Source of the DNA: an uncultured Actinomycetota bacterium
GTDB lineage: Bacteria > Actinomycetota > Actinomycetes > Propionibacteriales > Nocardioidaceae
Length of the DNA stretch: 64,000 nucleotides
Assembly (NCBI GenBank): GCA_963815585.1
Contig: CAWFHJ010000020.1
Span: 88,673 to 152,672 of the forward strand
Direction: 5' to 3'
The translations under genes were made by a program, and so were the position numbers. This document shows, piece by piece, positions 1 to 8,965 of this stretch. The notes beneath the pieces were generated by a model, which worked only from the letters and a program-made list of their open reading frames with translations, searched no databases and was not told the origin of the DNA. Numbering within the stretch: the first letter of the stretch is position 1; every line of letters starts with the position of its first letter.

Positions 1-165
1 CCCAGTGCACCGTTCGGTGCGTGGAAGAAGTTATCACCCGGTCGGGGCCGATCTCGAATCGGTTCCGGACCGGGGCGCGCCACCTGCTCAGGTGTGCCCG
101 CGCCGCTCGCCGACGCCTAACGTCGACTGTTCGACCTGTGCCCACCACCCAAGGAGGAGTCGCGA

Positions 166-867
166 GTGCCCGTTCTCCAGAAGGTCGCCGCGAACGCGTG
201 GCGCGACATCGCTGGGGAGGTGGCCACGCCTCTCTCGCCCACCGACCGCCTGCTGGTCGTGAGCGCGCATCCCGACGACGAGACCATCGGCGCAGGGCGG
301 CTGATCGCGGGACACCGGGGACCGGTGAAGGCGGTCACGCTGACCGCCGGGGAGCGGTGTCTCCCCGACCCGGGTGTCGACGTCGACGACATGCGCTGGC
401 GGCGGCTGGCCGAGTGGCGCTCGGCCGTGGGGATGCTCGGCGCGGAGCCCCTGGAGGCCCAGCGCTGGCCGGACGGGCGGTTGGCGGAGGGCGTGGACGA
501 GGTCGTCCTCCTGCTGGCCGACCTGCTGGCCGAGTTCGACGTCGTCGCCTCTCTCTGGAGGCACGACCCGCACCCGGACCATCAAGCGGCGGGCCGCGCC
601 GCCGCGAAGGCCGCATCGGCGACCGGCGTGCGGATGCTCGAGTTCCCGGTGTGGGCGCCGTACTGGACCTCGCCGACGGAGCTCGTCGATCTCGGCTACG
701 CGGTCGACGTCGTCGCCTGCACGCCGCTCGACGACCAACGTCGCCAGCTGGCGCTGCAGGAGTACGCCTCGCAGATCCAGCCTCATCTCCCCGGCTGGGA
801 GCCGGTGGTGCCGGCGGAGATGCTGGAGCGGCACGGACGTCAGCTGCTGATGAGCGCTCGACCCTGA
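166..867 (+). CDS. PIG-L/LmbE family deacetylase
   Basis: AHPDDE and HPDH metal-binding motifs; AGGAGG RBS upstream of GTG 166. Confidence 0.9.
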   Translation: MPVLQKVAANAWRDIAGEVATPLSPTDRLLVVSAHPDDETIGAGRLIAGHRGPVKAVTLTAGERCLPDPGVDVDDMRWRRLAEWRSAVGMLGAEPLEAQRWPDGRLAEGVDEVVLLLADLLAEFDVVASLWRHDPHPDHQAAGRAAAKAASATGVRMLEFPVWAPYWTSPTELVDLGYAVDVVACTPLDDQRRQLALQEYASQIQPHLPGWEPVVPAEMLERHGRQLLMSARP

Positions 868-1433
868 TGCGACACACAGATTTCGAGAGTCTGTACCAGA
901 GCGACCCGGACCCGTTCCAGGTGGCGACGAGCTGGTACGAGAGACGCAAGGAAGCCGTGCTGCTCGCCGGCCTCGCCAGCAGCCGCTACTCGACGGCCTG
1001 GGATGCCGCCTGCGGTACCGGTCACCTGTCATGGGCGCTGACCGGTCGCTGTGACCTGGTGCTCGCCACGGACTCGTCGGCAACGGCCGTGGCACTCACC
1101 GAGCAGAGGACGGCGGACTCGCCGGGCGTGCGCTGCTCGGTCTCCCGGCTTCCGGATCGCGCCGCGGGGGCTGACCAGGCCGAGCTGACGGTGGTCTCCG
1201 AGGTTCTGTACTACCTCCCGGACGAGGCACGGGCCCGGACGCTGGCGATGCTGGCGGACCAGCGGGGAGAGCTGGTCTGCGCCCATTGGCGGCACCACCC
1301 CGACGACGCCTACCTGAGCGGCGAAGCGGCCAACGAGGAGCTCGACAAGGAGCTGACGGCTGCCGGCTGGACGACGGCCTGGCGGCACGATGACACGGAC
1401 TTCGTGATGGCCGGCTGGCGGTGCGGACCGTGA
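867..1433 (+). CDS. NodS-like SAM-dependent methyltransferase
   Basis: ATG 867 overlaps the upstream stop (TGATG); DPF...SWYERRK and DAACGTG motif I. Confidence 0.85.
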   Translation: MRHTDFESLYQSDPDPFQVATSWYERRKEAVLLAGLASSRYSTAWDAACGTGHLSWALTGRCDLVLATDSSATAVALTEQRTADSPGVRCSVSRLPDRAAGADQAELTVVSEVLYYLPDEARARTLAMLADQRGELVCAHWRHHPDDAYLSGEAANEELDKELTAAGWTTAWRHDDTDFVMAGWRCGP

Positions 1434-2405
1434 CGCGGTCGTACGACGTGCTCCCCCCGCCGCTGTCGCTTCCACGCGATCCCGAGCGGCACGACGCAGG
1501 GCCGGCGTCCCAGCGGTCGGCGATCCTCGCCCTGGCAGCGGGGACCGCCGCCGATGCGGCATGGGGACCGCTCCTGGAGTACCTGATCGCCCTGGGACGC
1601 ACCGACGTCCCGCTCGCCCGGCTGACCGAGGGACACGTCGACGCGATGCGCATCCTGCACCAGGCCGGCAGCGCACCCGTCCCTGACGCGGCGTACGCGG
1701 TGTGGGCGTCGCGTTCGCAGGCCACGGGCCTCGCCGGGCGACGCGACGGCCGCATGTGGGTGCTCGACGGAACACTGCGGTTCGCCTCGGGAGCCGGTGT
1801 CGTCGACCGCGCACTCGTCCCCGTGTGGCTGGACACCGGGACGCATGTCCTGCTCGACCTCGAGGTGAAGGACTGGACCTTCGACACCGGGCTCTGGCGC
1901 ACCCGGGCCATGGAGCAGAGCCGCTCGCACCAGGTGTCCCTGTCGGGCCACCGGGTCGAGGCCGCCGAGGTCGGGCAACCGGACTTCTACCTCGACCGAC
2001 CGGGATTCTTCCCCGGCGGTGCCGGGGTCGCGGCAGTGTGGACCGGCGGTGCTGGTCGGGTCGTCGACCTGCTCTCCCGGGCGGTCCCGGAGGCGCGCCG
2101 GACCGAGGCGCAGGTTGCCCGCTTCGGTCGTGCCCGCATCGACCTGGCGACCGCCGCCGCCGTGGTACGGGACAGCGCCCCGCGCCTTGCGGACGGACCG
2201 GTCGAGCAGCTGCGGATCACCTCGACGTACGTCCGGTCGGGAGTCGCCCAGGCCGTCCGTCGCATCGCTGGGTGAGGCGCGCACCCTGGCCGGACCTGCC
2301 GGACTCGCGCTCGACGAGGACCTGACCCGCGCCATCGACGACCTGAGCCTGTTCGTGGCCCAGCACAACGAGGATGCCGATGCCGCGTGGGTGGGCGGCC
2401 TGTGA
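1430..2405 (+). pseudogene. Acyl-CoA dehydrogenase-like protein, frameshifted at GGG 2270-2272
   Basis: LARLTEGHVDA, LDGTLRFASGA and RTRAMEQSRS motifs; stop at 2273-2275, but the C-terminus (EARTLAGPAG...DDLSLFVAQH) continues in the +1 frame to TGA 2405, which overlaps the next start. Confidence 0.75.
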
Positions 2406-3136
2406 CCGAGGTGGTGGTGGCCATCCCGGCGCACGACGAGGTCGCCGAGATCGGTCCCTGTCTCGACCACGTCGCACGTGCCGTGGCGCAGGCGACCGAG
2501 AGTGGTGCCTGCACCCGGGTGTCGATCGTCGTCGCGAGTCATCGCTGCACCGACGAGACCGCCGAGCGGGCCGAGGCGGTCCTCGCCGACGTACCGGGCG
2601 AGCACCGCGTGCTGCGCGACCAGACCTCCCGCTCCGTCGGTCAGGTGCGTAGCGGCATGGTGGTCGAGATGGTCGGGCACACCACGTCCCCGCCGGACGA
2701 GGTCTGGCTGCTGAGCACCGACGCCGACTCGCACGTTCCCCCCACCTGGATCACCGGGATGCTCAGCGGGGCGCGAGACCGAGGGGCGGTTGCTGCGGCG
2801 GGCCTGGTCTCGCTCCGCGACTGGCTGGCACCGGCACCGGCTCGCGCCCGCTACGCGGCGATCATCGAGGCGGGACTCGCGCCGACCGGCCATGCGCACG
2901 TCTACGGCGCCAACCTGGCCGTCCGTCTCGACGCGTACCTGCGAGTGGGCGGATTCCGCGACGTGCACGCCGAGGACCAGGACCTCGTGGATCGGCTGCG
3001 CGCCGCCGGCGAGCCGGTGGCAGCCCTCTCCACCCCGGTGGTGAGCACGTCCGCACGACACGACGGTCGCGCCGAGGGTGGACTGTCCGCGCTTCTCGGC
3101 CGGCTGGTGCTCCCGGCCGTGGCCGAGCTGGGCTAG
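2402..3136 (+). CDS. Glycosyltransferase family 2
   Basis: VAIPAHDE, STDADS (DxD), GANL, GGF and EDQDL motifs; GTGA overlap with the upstream gene. Confidence 0.9.
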   Translation: MTEVVVAIPAHDEVAEIGPCLDHVARAVAQATESGACTRVSIVVASHRCTDETAERAEAVLADVPGEHRVLRDQTSRSVGQVRSGMVVEMVGHTTSPPDEVWLLSTDADSHVPPTWITGMLSGARDRGAVAAAGLVSLRDWLAPAPARARYAAIIEAGLAPTGHAHVYGANLAVRLDAYLRVGGFRDVHAEDQDLVDRLRAAGEPVAALSTPVVSTSARHDGRAEGGLSALLGRLVLPAVAELG

Positions 3137-3954
3137 GCGCCGGCCACCTTGCGCTGGGCGGCGGCGTCGGGCTCGTCCTGTGCCTTCGCGTCGGCCTCGG
3201 CCTGGCGGGCGATCTCGGTGGCGTCGACCTGGTGACCCGAGGAGGTGACGCCGGTCTGGGTGAGGTCGATGGTCCGCACCGTACGACGGGCAGCGGGCTT
3301 GGAGACGTACGTCGGCAGGGTGAGGGGCAGCGGGTCCCAGAGCGAGCCGTCGTCCTCAGCCTCGGGCGGGAGCGGGACTGCGACGGTCTCGCCGGCGGTC
3401 TCGACAGGCTCGACCAGCGAGGACGTCTCGACAGGCTCGACCAGCGAGGAGGTCTCGACAGGCTCGACCAGCGAGGACGTCTCGACAGGCTCCACCAGCG
3501 AGGACGTCTCGACGGGCCCAACGACCGGGGGAGCAGCGGCGCGGCGACGCACCGGGGCAGCCCTGCGCACCATCAGCCGGCACATCACCAGCCAGGTCAC
3601 GACCAGCACGCCGGGGATGGCGGGCGTCCAGGCGGGCAGGTAGGCGAGGTAGGCCGCGACGCCGGTGCCGGCGGTCACCAGCAGCAGCAGGCCGAGCACG
3701 CGGCGACGGCGACGGGCAGGGCTCGACGGCTGGCGCGTACGACGCGTGCGCGGTCCGGCAGGCTCGGCCACGGCCGGCGGGGTCAGCAGCGCCTTCATCG
3801 TGGCGGGGGTCCGCTCGAGCACGCGCATGGTCTCGGAGAAGCTGTCGACGGGACGGCTGGCCGCGATCTCCTCGTGGTGCCGCAGCGCCTTCGGGATGAG
3901 GTAGGCAGCCCACCCGACGGCGAGCACGACGAAGATCAGTCCGGACAGGTCCAC
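3133..3954 (-). CDS. GlpR/SepX-like membrane protein (cell division associated)
   Basis: N-terminal TM segment then ...FSETMRVL, RRRRR-TM pair, disordered region with WDPLPLTLPTYVSKPAARRTVRTIDL; sits next to GNAT/moeA as in other actinobacteria; start reassigned to GTG 3954. Confidence 0.75.
   Translation of the reverse strand: MDLSGLIFVVLAVGWAAYLIPKALRHHEEIAASRPVDSFSETMRVLERTPATMKALLTPPAVAEPAGPRTRRTRQPSSPARRRRRVLGLLLLVTAGTGVAAYLAYLPAWTPAIPGVLVVTWLVMCRLMVRRAAPVRRRAAAPPVVGPVETSSLVEPVETSSLVEPVETSSLVEPVETSSLVEPVETAGETVAVPLPPEAEDDGSLWDPLPLTLPTYVSKPAARRTVRTIDLTQTGVTSSGHQVDATEIARQAEADAKAQDEPDAAAQRKVAGA
3397..3513. repeat. 27-bp tandem repeat (4 units plus a partial) of the REP-like motif GTCTCGACAGGCTCGACC, in frame in the CDS, encoding (SSLVEPVET)x4
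   Basis: Units start at 3398, 3425, 3452, 3479 and 3506. Confidence 0.95.
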
Positions 3955-4037
3955 GGCACGAGGGTAGGAGCGCCGGACCGTCGCGCCCCGCAGCCGGGGC
4001 GGTGTGTCGCAGAGAGACTCGTGTGACTGGTGAGGTC

Positions 4038-4619
4038 TCAGCCCTCGAGCCGCTTCAGGATCCCGCCCGGGACCTCCTCCACGGTGACCGCGAACAGCCG
4101 GTGGTCGCGCCAGTCGCCGTCGATGTGGAGGTAGCGCGGCGCGAAGCCGAACTCCCGGATGCCGAGCTTCTCGACCACGCGCAGCGACGCGGTGTTCTCG
4201 GGCCGGATCGCGACCTCGATCCGGTGCAGCCGGGCGATGAACAGGCAGTGGTCGATCGCCATCCCCACGGCCCGCGTGGTGATCCCGCGGCCGGCGTACG
4301 CCTGGTCGATCCAGTATCCGATCGAGCCGAACTGGGCGGAGCCCCGGACCACGTTGTTGACGGTCACCTGGCCGACCAGCCGGCCCTCGATCTCGATCAC
4401 GAACGGCATCGACTGACCCGCCGCAGCCAGCCGGTCGGAGTGCCGCACCATCGAGCCGAACGTGCGCGGCGGGTGGGTGCCCACCGGCGACGTGGCGTCC
4501 CACGGCCGGAGCCAGTCGCGGTTGCGCTCACGAGCGTCGCGCCAGTCCTTGCGGTCGCGGCGGCGCAGCGGGCGCAGCACCACGTCCTGGGAGCGGAGCA
4601 CCACCGGCCAGGCGTTCAT
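4038..4619 (-). CDS. RimJ/RimL family GNAT N-acetyltransferase
   Basis: IGYWIDQAYAGRG, LHRIEVAIRPENTASLRVVEKLG. Confidence 0.9.
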   Translation of the reverse strand: MNAWPVVLRSQDVVLRPLRRRDRKDWRDARERNRDWLRPWDATSPVGTHPPRTFGSMVRHSDRLAAAGQSMPFVIEIEGRLVGQVTVNNVVRGSAQFGSIGYWIDQAYAGRGITTRAVGMAIDHCLFIARLHRIEVAIRPENTASLRVVEKLGIREFGFAPRYLHIDGDWRDHRLFAVTVEEVPGGILKRLEG

Positions 4620-4636
4620 GCGGTCGGCGGGGGCGG

Positions 4637-5119
4637 TCAGTGGTCGCTCCCCACGATCTGTTCCACCGCGTGCACGAGCAGCGGCTCGAGGACGGCGAGC
4701 CCGTCCTTCACGCCGCCGCGCGAGCCGGGCAGGTTGACCACGAGCGCGTGGCGGTGCACACCGGCAAGTCCGCGTGAGAGTGCCGCCGTCGGCACACCCT
4801 TGGCCATGCCGTGCGCCCGGATCGCCTCCGCGATGCCCGGCACCTGCCGGTCGAGCAGCTCCGCGGTGACCTCGGGGGTCAGGTCCGTCGGGGTCAGGCC
4901 GGTGCCTCCGGTGGTGACCACCAGGCGGGCGCCGGAGGAGGCCGCCAGCCGGATCGCCTGGCCGACAGGTTCGCCGTCGGAGACCACGGTCGGGCCGGTG
5001 ACGTCGAAGCCGAGCCCGGTCAGCGACTCCACGATCAACGGCCCCGTGGTGTCGTCGTACACCCCGGCCGCGGCGCGGTTGGAGGCGACCACCACGGTCG
5101 CCCTGAGCGGCTCAGCCAC
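4637..5119 (-). CDS. MogA/MoaB molybdenum cofactor biosynthesis protein
   Basis: [22 protein letters not shown] motifs. Confidence 0.92.
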   Translation of the reverse strand: MAEPLRATVVVASNRAAAGVYDDTTGPLIVESLTGLGFDVTGPTVVSDGEPVGQAIRLAASSGARLVVTTGGTGLTPTDLTPEVTAELLDRQVPGIAEAIRAHGMAKGVPTAALSRGLAGVHRHALVVNLPGSRGGVKDGLAVLEPLLVHAVEQIVGSDH

Positions 5120-5582
5120 GTGTCCACTCCCCGCTCTTGCCGCCGGACTTGGTCTCCACCCGGACGTCGCTGATCACGCCCGACTTGTCAACCGCCTTGA
5201 CCATGTCGAACACGGTGAGCGCGGCCACGGACACCGCCGTCAGCGCCTCCATCTCCACGCCGGTGCGGTCGGTCGTGCGCACGGTGGCGCGGATCTCGAC
5301 CGCGTCGTCGGTGACCTCCAGGTCGACGGTGACGCCCGAGAGCGACAGCGGGTGGCACAGCGGCACCAGGTCGGGCGTGCGCTTGGCCGCCATGATCCCG
5401 GCCACGCGAGCCACCGCGAGCGCGTCGCCCTTGGGTACGTCGCCCGAGCGGAGCAGCGCCACCACCTGCGGGCTGACCAGCACCCGTCCGGTCGCGACCG
5501 CCTCGCGCGCGGTCACGTCCTTGCCCGAGACGTCGACCATCCGGGCGGCGCCGGACTCGTCGACGTGGGTGAGGCCCTCCAT
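5112..5582 (-). CDS. moaC: Cyclic pyranopterin monophosphate synthase MoaC
   Basis: [42 protein letters not shown]. Confidence 0.97.
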   Translation of the reverse strand: MEGLTHVDESGAARMVDVSGKDVTAREAVATGRVLVSPQVVALLRSGDVPKGDALAVARVAGIMAAKRTPDLVPLCHPLSLSGVTVDLEVTDDAVEIRATVRTTDRTGVEMEALTAVSVAALTVFDMVKAVDKSGVISDVRVETKSGGKSGEWTRG

Positions 5583-6820
5583 CAGAACTCCCGGTCCAGC
5601 AGCAGCACCGGCACCGGCTGACCCGGCGCCACCGTGGTCTGCTGCTCGGCCAGCACCACCAGGGCGTTGGCCTCGGAGAGGTCGCCGACCAGGTGTGATC
5701 CGTGGCCGCCGACCGGGGTGACCTTCGCGCCCTCGCGGCCGACCTCGTAGCGGGCGCGGACGAACTGCCGCTTGCCCTGGAACGACTGCAGCGGTGCGGT
5801 CGTGACCGCCCGCATCATCGGCCGCGACAGCACGCTGCGGCCCATCATCTTGCGGAGTGCCGGCAGCACGAACACCTCGAAGGAGACGTACGACGACACC
5901 GGGTTGCCGGGCAGCGTGAAGATCGGGGTGCTGTCCTCGCCGACGAAGCCGAAGCCCTGCGGCTTGCCGGGCTGCATCGCGACCTCCTCGAACTGCACGG
6001 TGCCCTGCTCCTGAAGCACTTCCTTGACCACGTCGTACGCGCCCTTGCTGACGCCGCCGCTGGTCACCACCACGTCGGCTCGCACCAGCTGGTCGCTCAA
6101 CGCCTCGGCGAAGCCCTCACGGTCGTCGCGGACGATGCCCACGCGGTAGGCGATGGCACCGGCAGCGCGCGCGGCTGCGGCCAGCATGTAGGAGTTGCCG
6201 TCGTAGATCGAGTCGCGGCCGAGCTTCTCCCCCGGCTCGCGGAGCTCGTCGCCGGTCGACATCACCACCACCCGCGGACGCGGGCGGGAGGCCACCCGGG
6301 AGGTGCCGACGGAGGCGAGCAACCCGATCTGCCGGGGACCGATCAGGTCACCCTCGCTGACCAGCCGGTCGCCCCGCTTGACGTCCTCGCCTGCGCGCCG
6401 GATGTGCTGGCCCATCTCGGGCGCCTGCTCGATGAGCACCTTGGAGGTGCCGCCGTCGGTCCACTCGACCGGCACGACCGCGTCGCAGCCCTGCGGGATC
6501 GGGGCGCCGGTCATGATCCGCACCGCGGTGCCCGGCGACATCGCCAGGACCGAGGAGGAGCCGGCCGCGATCTCCCCCACCACCGGCAGGTGCACGGGGC
6601 GCTGCTCGCTGGCCTCGGCCACGTCGCGGTGCACCACGGCGTAGCCGTCCATGCCGGAGTTGTCGAACGACGGCAGCGGCATCGTCGCCAGCACGTCCTC
6701 GGCGATCGGCAGCCCCATCACCTCCAGCAGCGGCTGGTCGTACGCCGGCAGGGTGTCGATGGAGTCGAGGATCCGCTTGAGGTGTTCGTCGACAGAGGTC
6801 AGCGGAGTCTCGGAAGGCAT
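5582..6820 (-). CDS. moeA: Gephyrin-like molybdotransferase MoeA/Glp
   Basis: [52 protein letters not shown]. Confidence 0.95.
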   Translation of the reverse strand: MPSETPLTSVDEHLKRILDSIDTLPAYDQPLLEVMGLPIAEDVLATMPLPSFDNSGMDGYAVVHRDVAEASEQRPVHLPVVGEIAAGSSSVLAMSPGTAVRIMTGAPIPQGCDAVVPVEWTDGGTSKVLIEQAPEMGQHIRRAGEDVKRGDRLVSEGDLIGPRQIGLLASVGTSRVASRPRPRVVVMSTGDELREPGEKLGRDSIYDGNSYMLAAAARAAGAIAYRVGIVRDDREGFAEALSDQLVRADVVVTSGGVSKGAYDVVKEVLQEQGTVQFEEVAMQPGKPQGFGFVGEDSTPIFTLPGNPVSSYVSFEVFVLPALRKMMGRSVLSRPMMRAVTTAPLQSFQGKRQFVRARYEVGREGAKVTPVGGHGSHLVGDLSEANALVVLAEQQTTVAPGQPVPVLLLDREF

Positions 6821-6845
6821 GCTCCGAGCCTACGACCCGGCAGGG

Positions 6846-8225
6846 TCACTGCTGCCGCAGCACCGTGCCGGACGCGATCCGGCCGTGGCCGTCCGGCGCG
6901 TCGAGGGTGACCTCGCCGACCACGGAGACGCCCTCACCGAAGGTCCAGTCGCCGTGCACCACCAGCGACTCCGCCTCCTTCAGGGACGGGGCGCCGGAGG
7001 GGAAGCGCTTGTCGAACTCACCGACCAGCGCGTAGGGCTTGCCCAGCTCGACGTACGGCGCGTGCTCCGGTCCCATGTCCATCACGAAGTCGCTGCCGAG
7101 GTCGTAGACGTCGGAGCGGATCAGCAGCAGCTGGCTGGTGTTCTTCACCGGCACGAACCGGTCGCGCGTGACCTCGATCAGCTGCGCGCCCTCGAACACC
7201 TCGATCGCGGCACCCATGGCGGTCTCGATCTGGATCACCTCGGGGCTTCGCGGGTCGCTCGGGTCAGTGTGCTTCTCGTTGCGGATCAGGGGCAGCCCGA
7301 GGATGCCGTCGCGCCGGTCGAGCTCGGTGCGCATCGCCTCGAGGTCGAACCAGATGTTGTTGGTGGAGGAGTACTTGTGCCGGCTCAGGTCGGTCAGCGC
7401 AGCCTGGTCCTCGGGCAGCGTCTGGGCGGTCTCGCGCAGCACGATCCGGCCGTCGTTGACGCGCGTGGCGAAGTGTCCGCCCTTCTTGTCGTTGGCGTCG
7501 CGGCGCACGGCCTCGATCGCGAACGGTGCACCGGACTGGGCGAACCAGCCGGCCACCCGGGCATCAGGCACGGCGCCGAGGTTGTCGGCGTTGGCGACGA
7601 ACACCCGCCGGAACCCGGCGTCGATCAGCTTGTCGAGGAGTCCGGTGCCCCGCAACGCGGTGTAGAGGTCACCGTGTCCGGGCGGACACCACTCGAGCGC
7701 CGGGTCGATCGTCCAGCTCACCGGCTCGAGGTTGTCGGCCCGGATCTTCGGCTCCTTGTTCTGCAGGAACTCCAGCGGCAGTCCCTCGACGGCGAGGTCC
7801 TGGTAGCGACCCAACGCCGCGAGCGTGTCGGCCGAGGTGCGGAACGAGTTCATGAAGATCAGCGGCAGCGGGGCGTCGTACTCGCGGCGGAGGTGGAGCA
7901 CCTGCCGGGCGATGATGTCGAGGAACGACAGGCCGCGGCGTACGCACAGCAGGGACTTCGCGCGGTCCAGACCCATCGAGGTGCCGAGACCCCCGTTGAG
8001 CTTGATCACCGCGGTGGCCCGGATCGCGTCGGCCGCCGTCTCGTCGGAGACCTCGACGTCGGCCAGTGCGTCCACCTCGATCGGCTCGATCGTGGACTCC
8101 GGGATCATCCCGGTCTCGCCGTGCTGGATCAATCGGTAGTAGTGCGCGAAGACGTCGATCGCCGTCTCGTCCACACCGGCGTCCGCCATCTTCTTGCGGC
8201 ACATCGCCAGGCCCTTGTCCTTCAT
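6846..8225 (-). CDS. UTP--glucose-1-phosphate uridylyltransferase, eukaryote-like (UDPGP) fold
   Basis: KLNGGLGTSMG...KS, WCPPGHGD, KKGGH, ETAMGAAI, RFVPVK; start ATG 8225. Confidence 0.92.
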   Translation of the reverse strand: MKDKGLAMCRKKMADAGVDETAIDVFAHYYRLIQHGETGMIPESTIEPIEVDALADVEVSDETAADAIRATAVIKLNGGLGTSMGLDRAKSLLCVRRGLSFLDIIARQVLHLRREYDAPLPLIFMNSFRTSADTLAALGRYQDLAVEGLPLEFLQNKEPKIRADNLEPVSWTIDPALEWCPPGHGDLYTALRGTGLLDKLIDAGFRRVFVANADNLGAVPDARVAGWFAQSGAPFAIEAVRRDANDKKGGHFATRVNDGRIVLRETAQTLPEDQAALTDLSRHKYSSTNNIWFDLEAMRTELDRRDGILGLPLIRNEKHTDPSDPRSPEVIQIETAMGAAIEVFEGAQLIEVTRDRFVPVKNTSQLLLIRSDVYDLGSDFVMDMGPEHAPYVELGKPYALVGEFDKRFPSGAPSLKEAESLVVHGDWTFGEGVSVVGEVTLDAPDGHGRIASGTVLRQQ

Positions 8226-8248
8226 GACTCCGATCGTAGGCTTGCCGG

Positions 8249-8845
8249 GTGAGCGTGAACATGTCGGCCGCCAAGCTCGCGCTCCGCGACCAGCTCGTGA
8301 CGGCGCGCGGCCGGGTCCCGGTGCCGGTCCTCTCGGAGCAGGCGCGGTCGGTTGCGGACCACCTCCTGGCCGCTCCGGAGGTACGCCGGGCAGCCACTGT
8401 GGCGGCGTACGTCTCGGTCGGGAGGGAGCCCGGCACGGGTCCTCTGCTGGCCGCTCTCGAGGCCGCCGGCAAGCGGGTGATCCTGCCGCTGCTGCAGCCC
8501 GACAACGACCTCGACTGGGCGCTCTACCGCGGCCCCGACTCCCTGGTGCCGGCCCGCCGCGGCCTGCTGGAGCCCGTCGGAACGCCCCTCGGCGCGGACG
8601 CCGTCGGCACCGCCGACGTGGTGATCGTGCCGGGCCTCGCAGTCGACCGCACCGGCCTGCGCCTCGGCCGCGGAGGCGGCTCCTACGACCGCGCACTCGG
8701 ACGGGTGCCGGTCGGCACCTTCACCTGCGTCGTGCTGCACGCCAGCGAGGTGCGCGACGAAGTCCCCGCCGACCCCCACGACCGCCAGGTGACCGCCGTC
8801 GTCACCGAGGACGGCGTGGTGAGGTTCCGGCGGACGATGAGCTAG
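8249..8845 (+). CDS. 5-formyltetrahydrofolate cyclo-ligase
   Basis: VPGLAVDRTGLRLGRGGGSYDR motif. Confidence 0.93.
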   Translation: MSVNMSAAKLALRDQLVTARGRVPVPVLSEQARSVADHLLAAPEVRRAATVAAYVSVGREPGTGPLLAALEAAGKRVILPLLQPDNDLDWALYRGPDSLVPARRGLLEPVGTPLGADAVGTADVVIVPGLAVDRTGLRLGRGGGSYDRALGRVPVGTFTCVVLHASEVRDEVPADPHDRQVTAVVTEDGVVRFRRTMS

Positions 8846-8870
8846 CGGGGGTGGAGGGCAGGACCCGGGC

Positions 8871-8958
8871 GATTTACCACGTTCACGTGGTAACTCGCCG
8901 CTTCGCACGGGAGATCTGGCTGGCGAAGCGGAGAACTACCACGTGAACGTGGTAAATC
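8871..8958. repeat. 88-bp nested palindrome with 22-bp perfect inverted arms
   Basis: GATTTACCACGTTCACGTGGTA (8871-8892) pairs with TACCACGTGAACGTGGTAAATC (8937-8958); inner CCGCTTCGC/GCGAAGCGG; lies between convergent genes. Confidence 0.9.
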
Positions 8959-8965
8959 CAGAGAC

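Noticed and set aside
3133-6820. GlpR-MoeA pairing as a novel system
   Set aside because: Already described in actinobacteria (Corynebacterium Glp/GlpR, Streptomyces SepX); only the repeat insertion is reported
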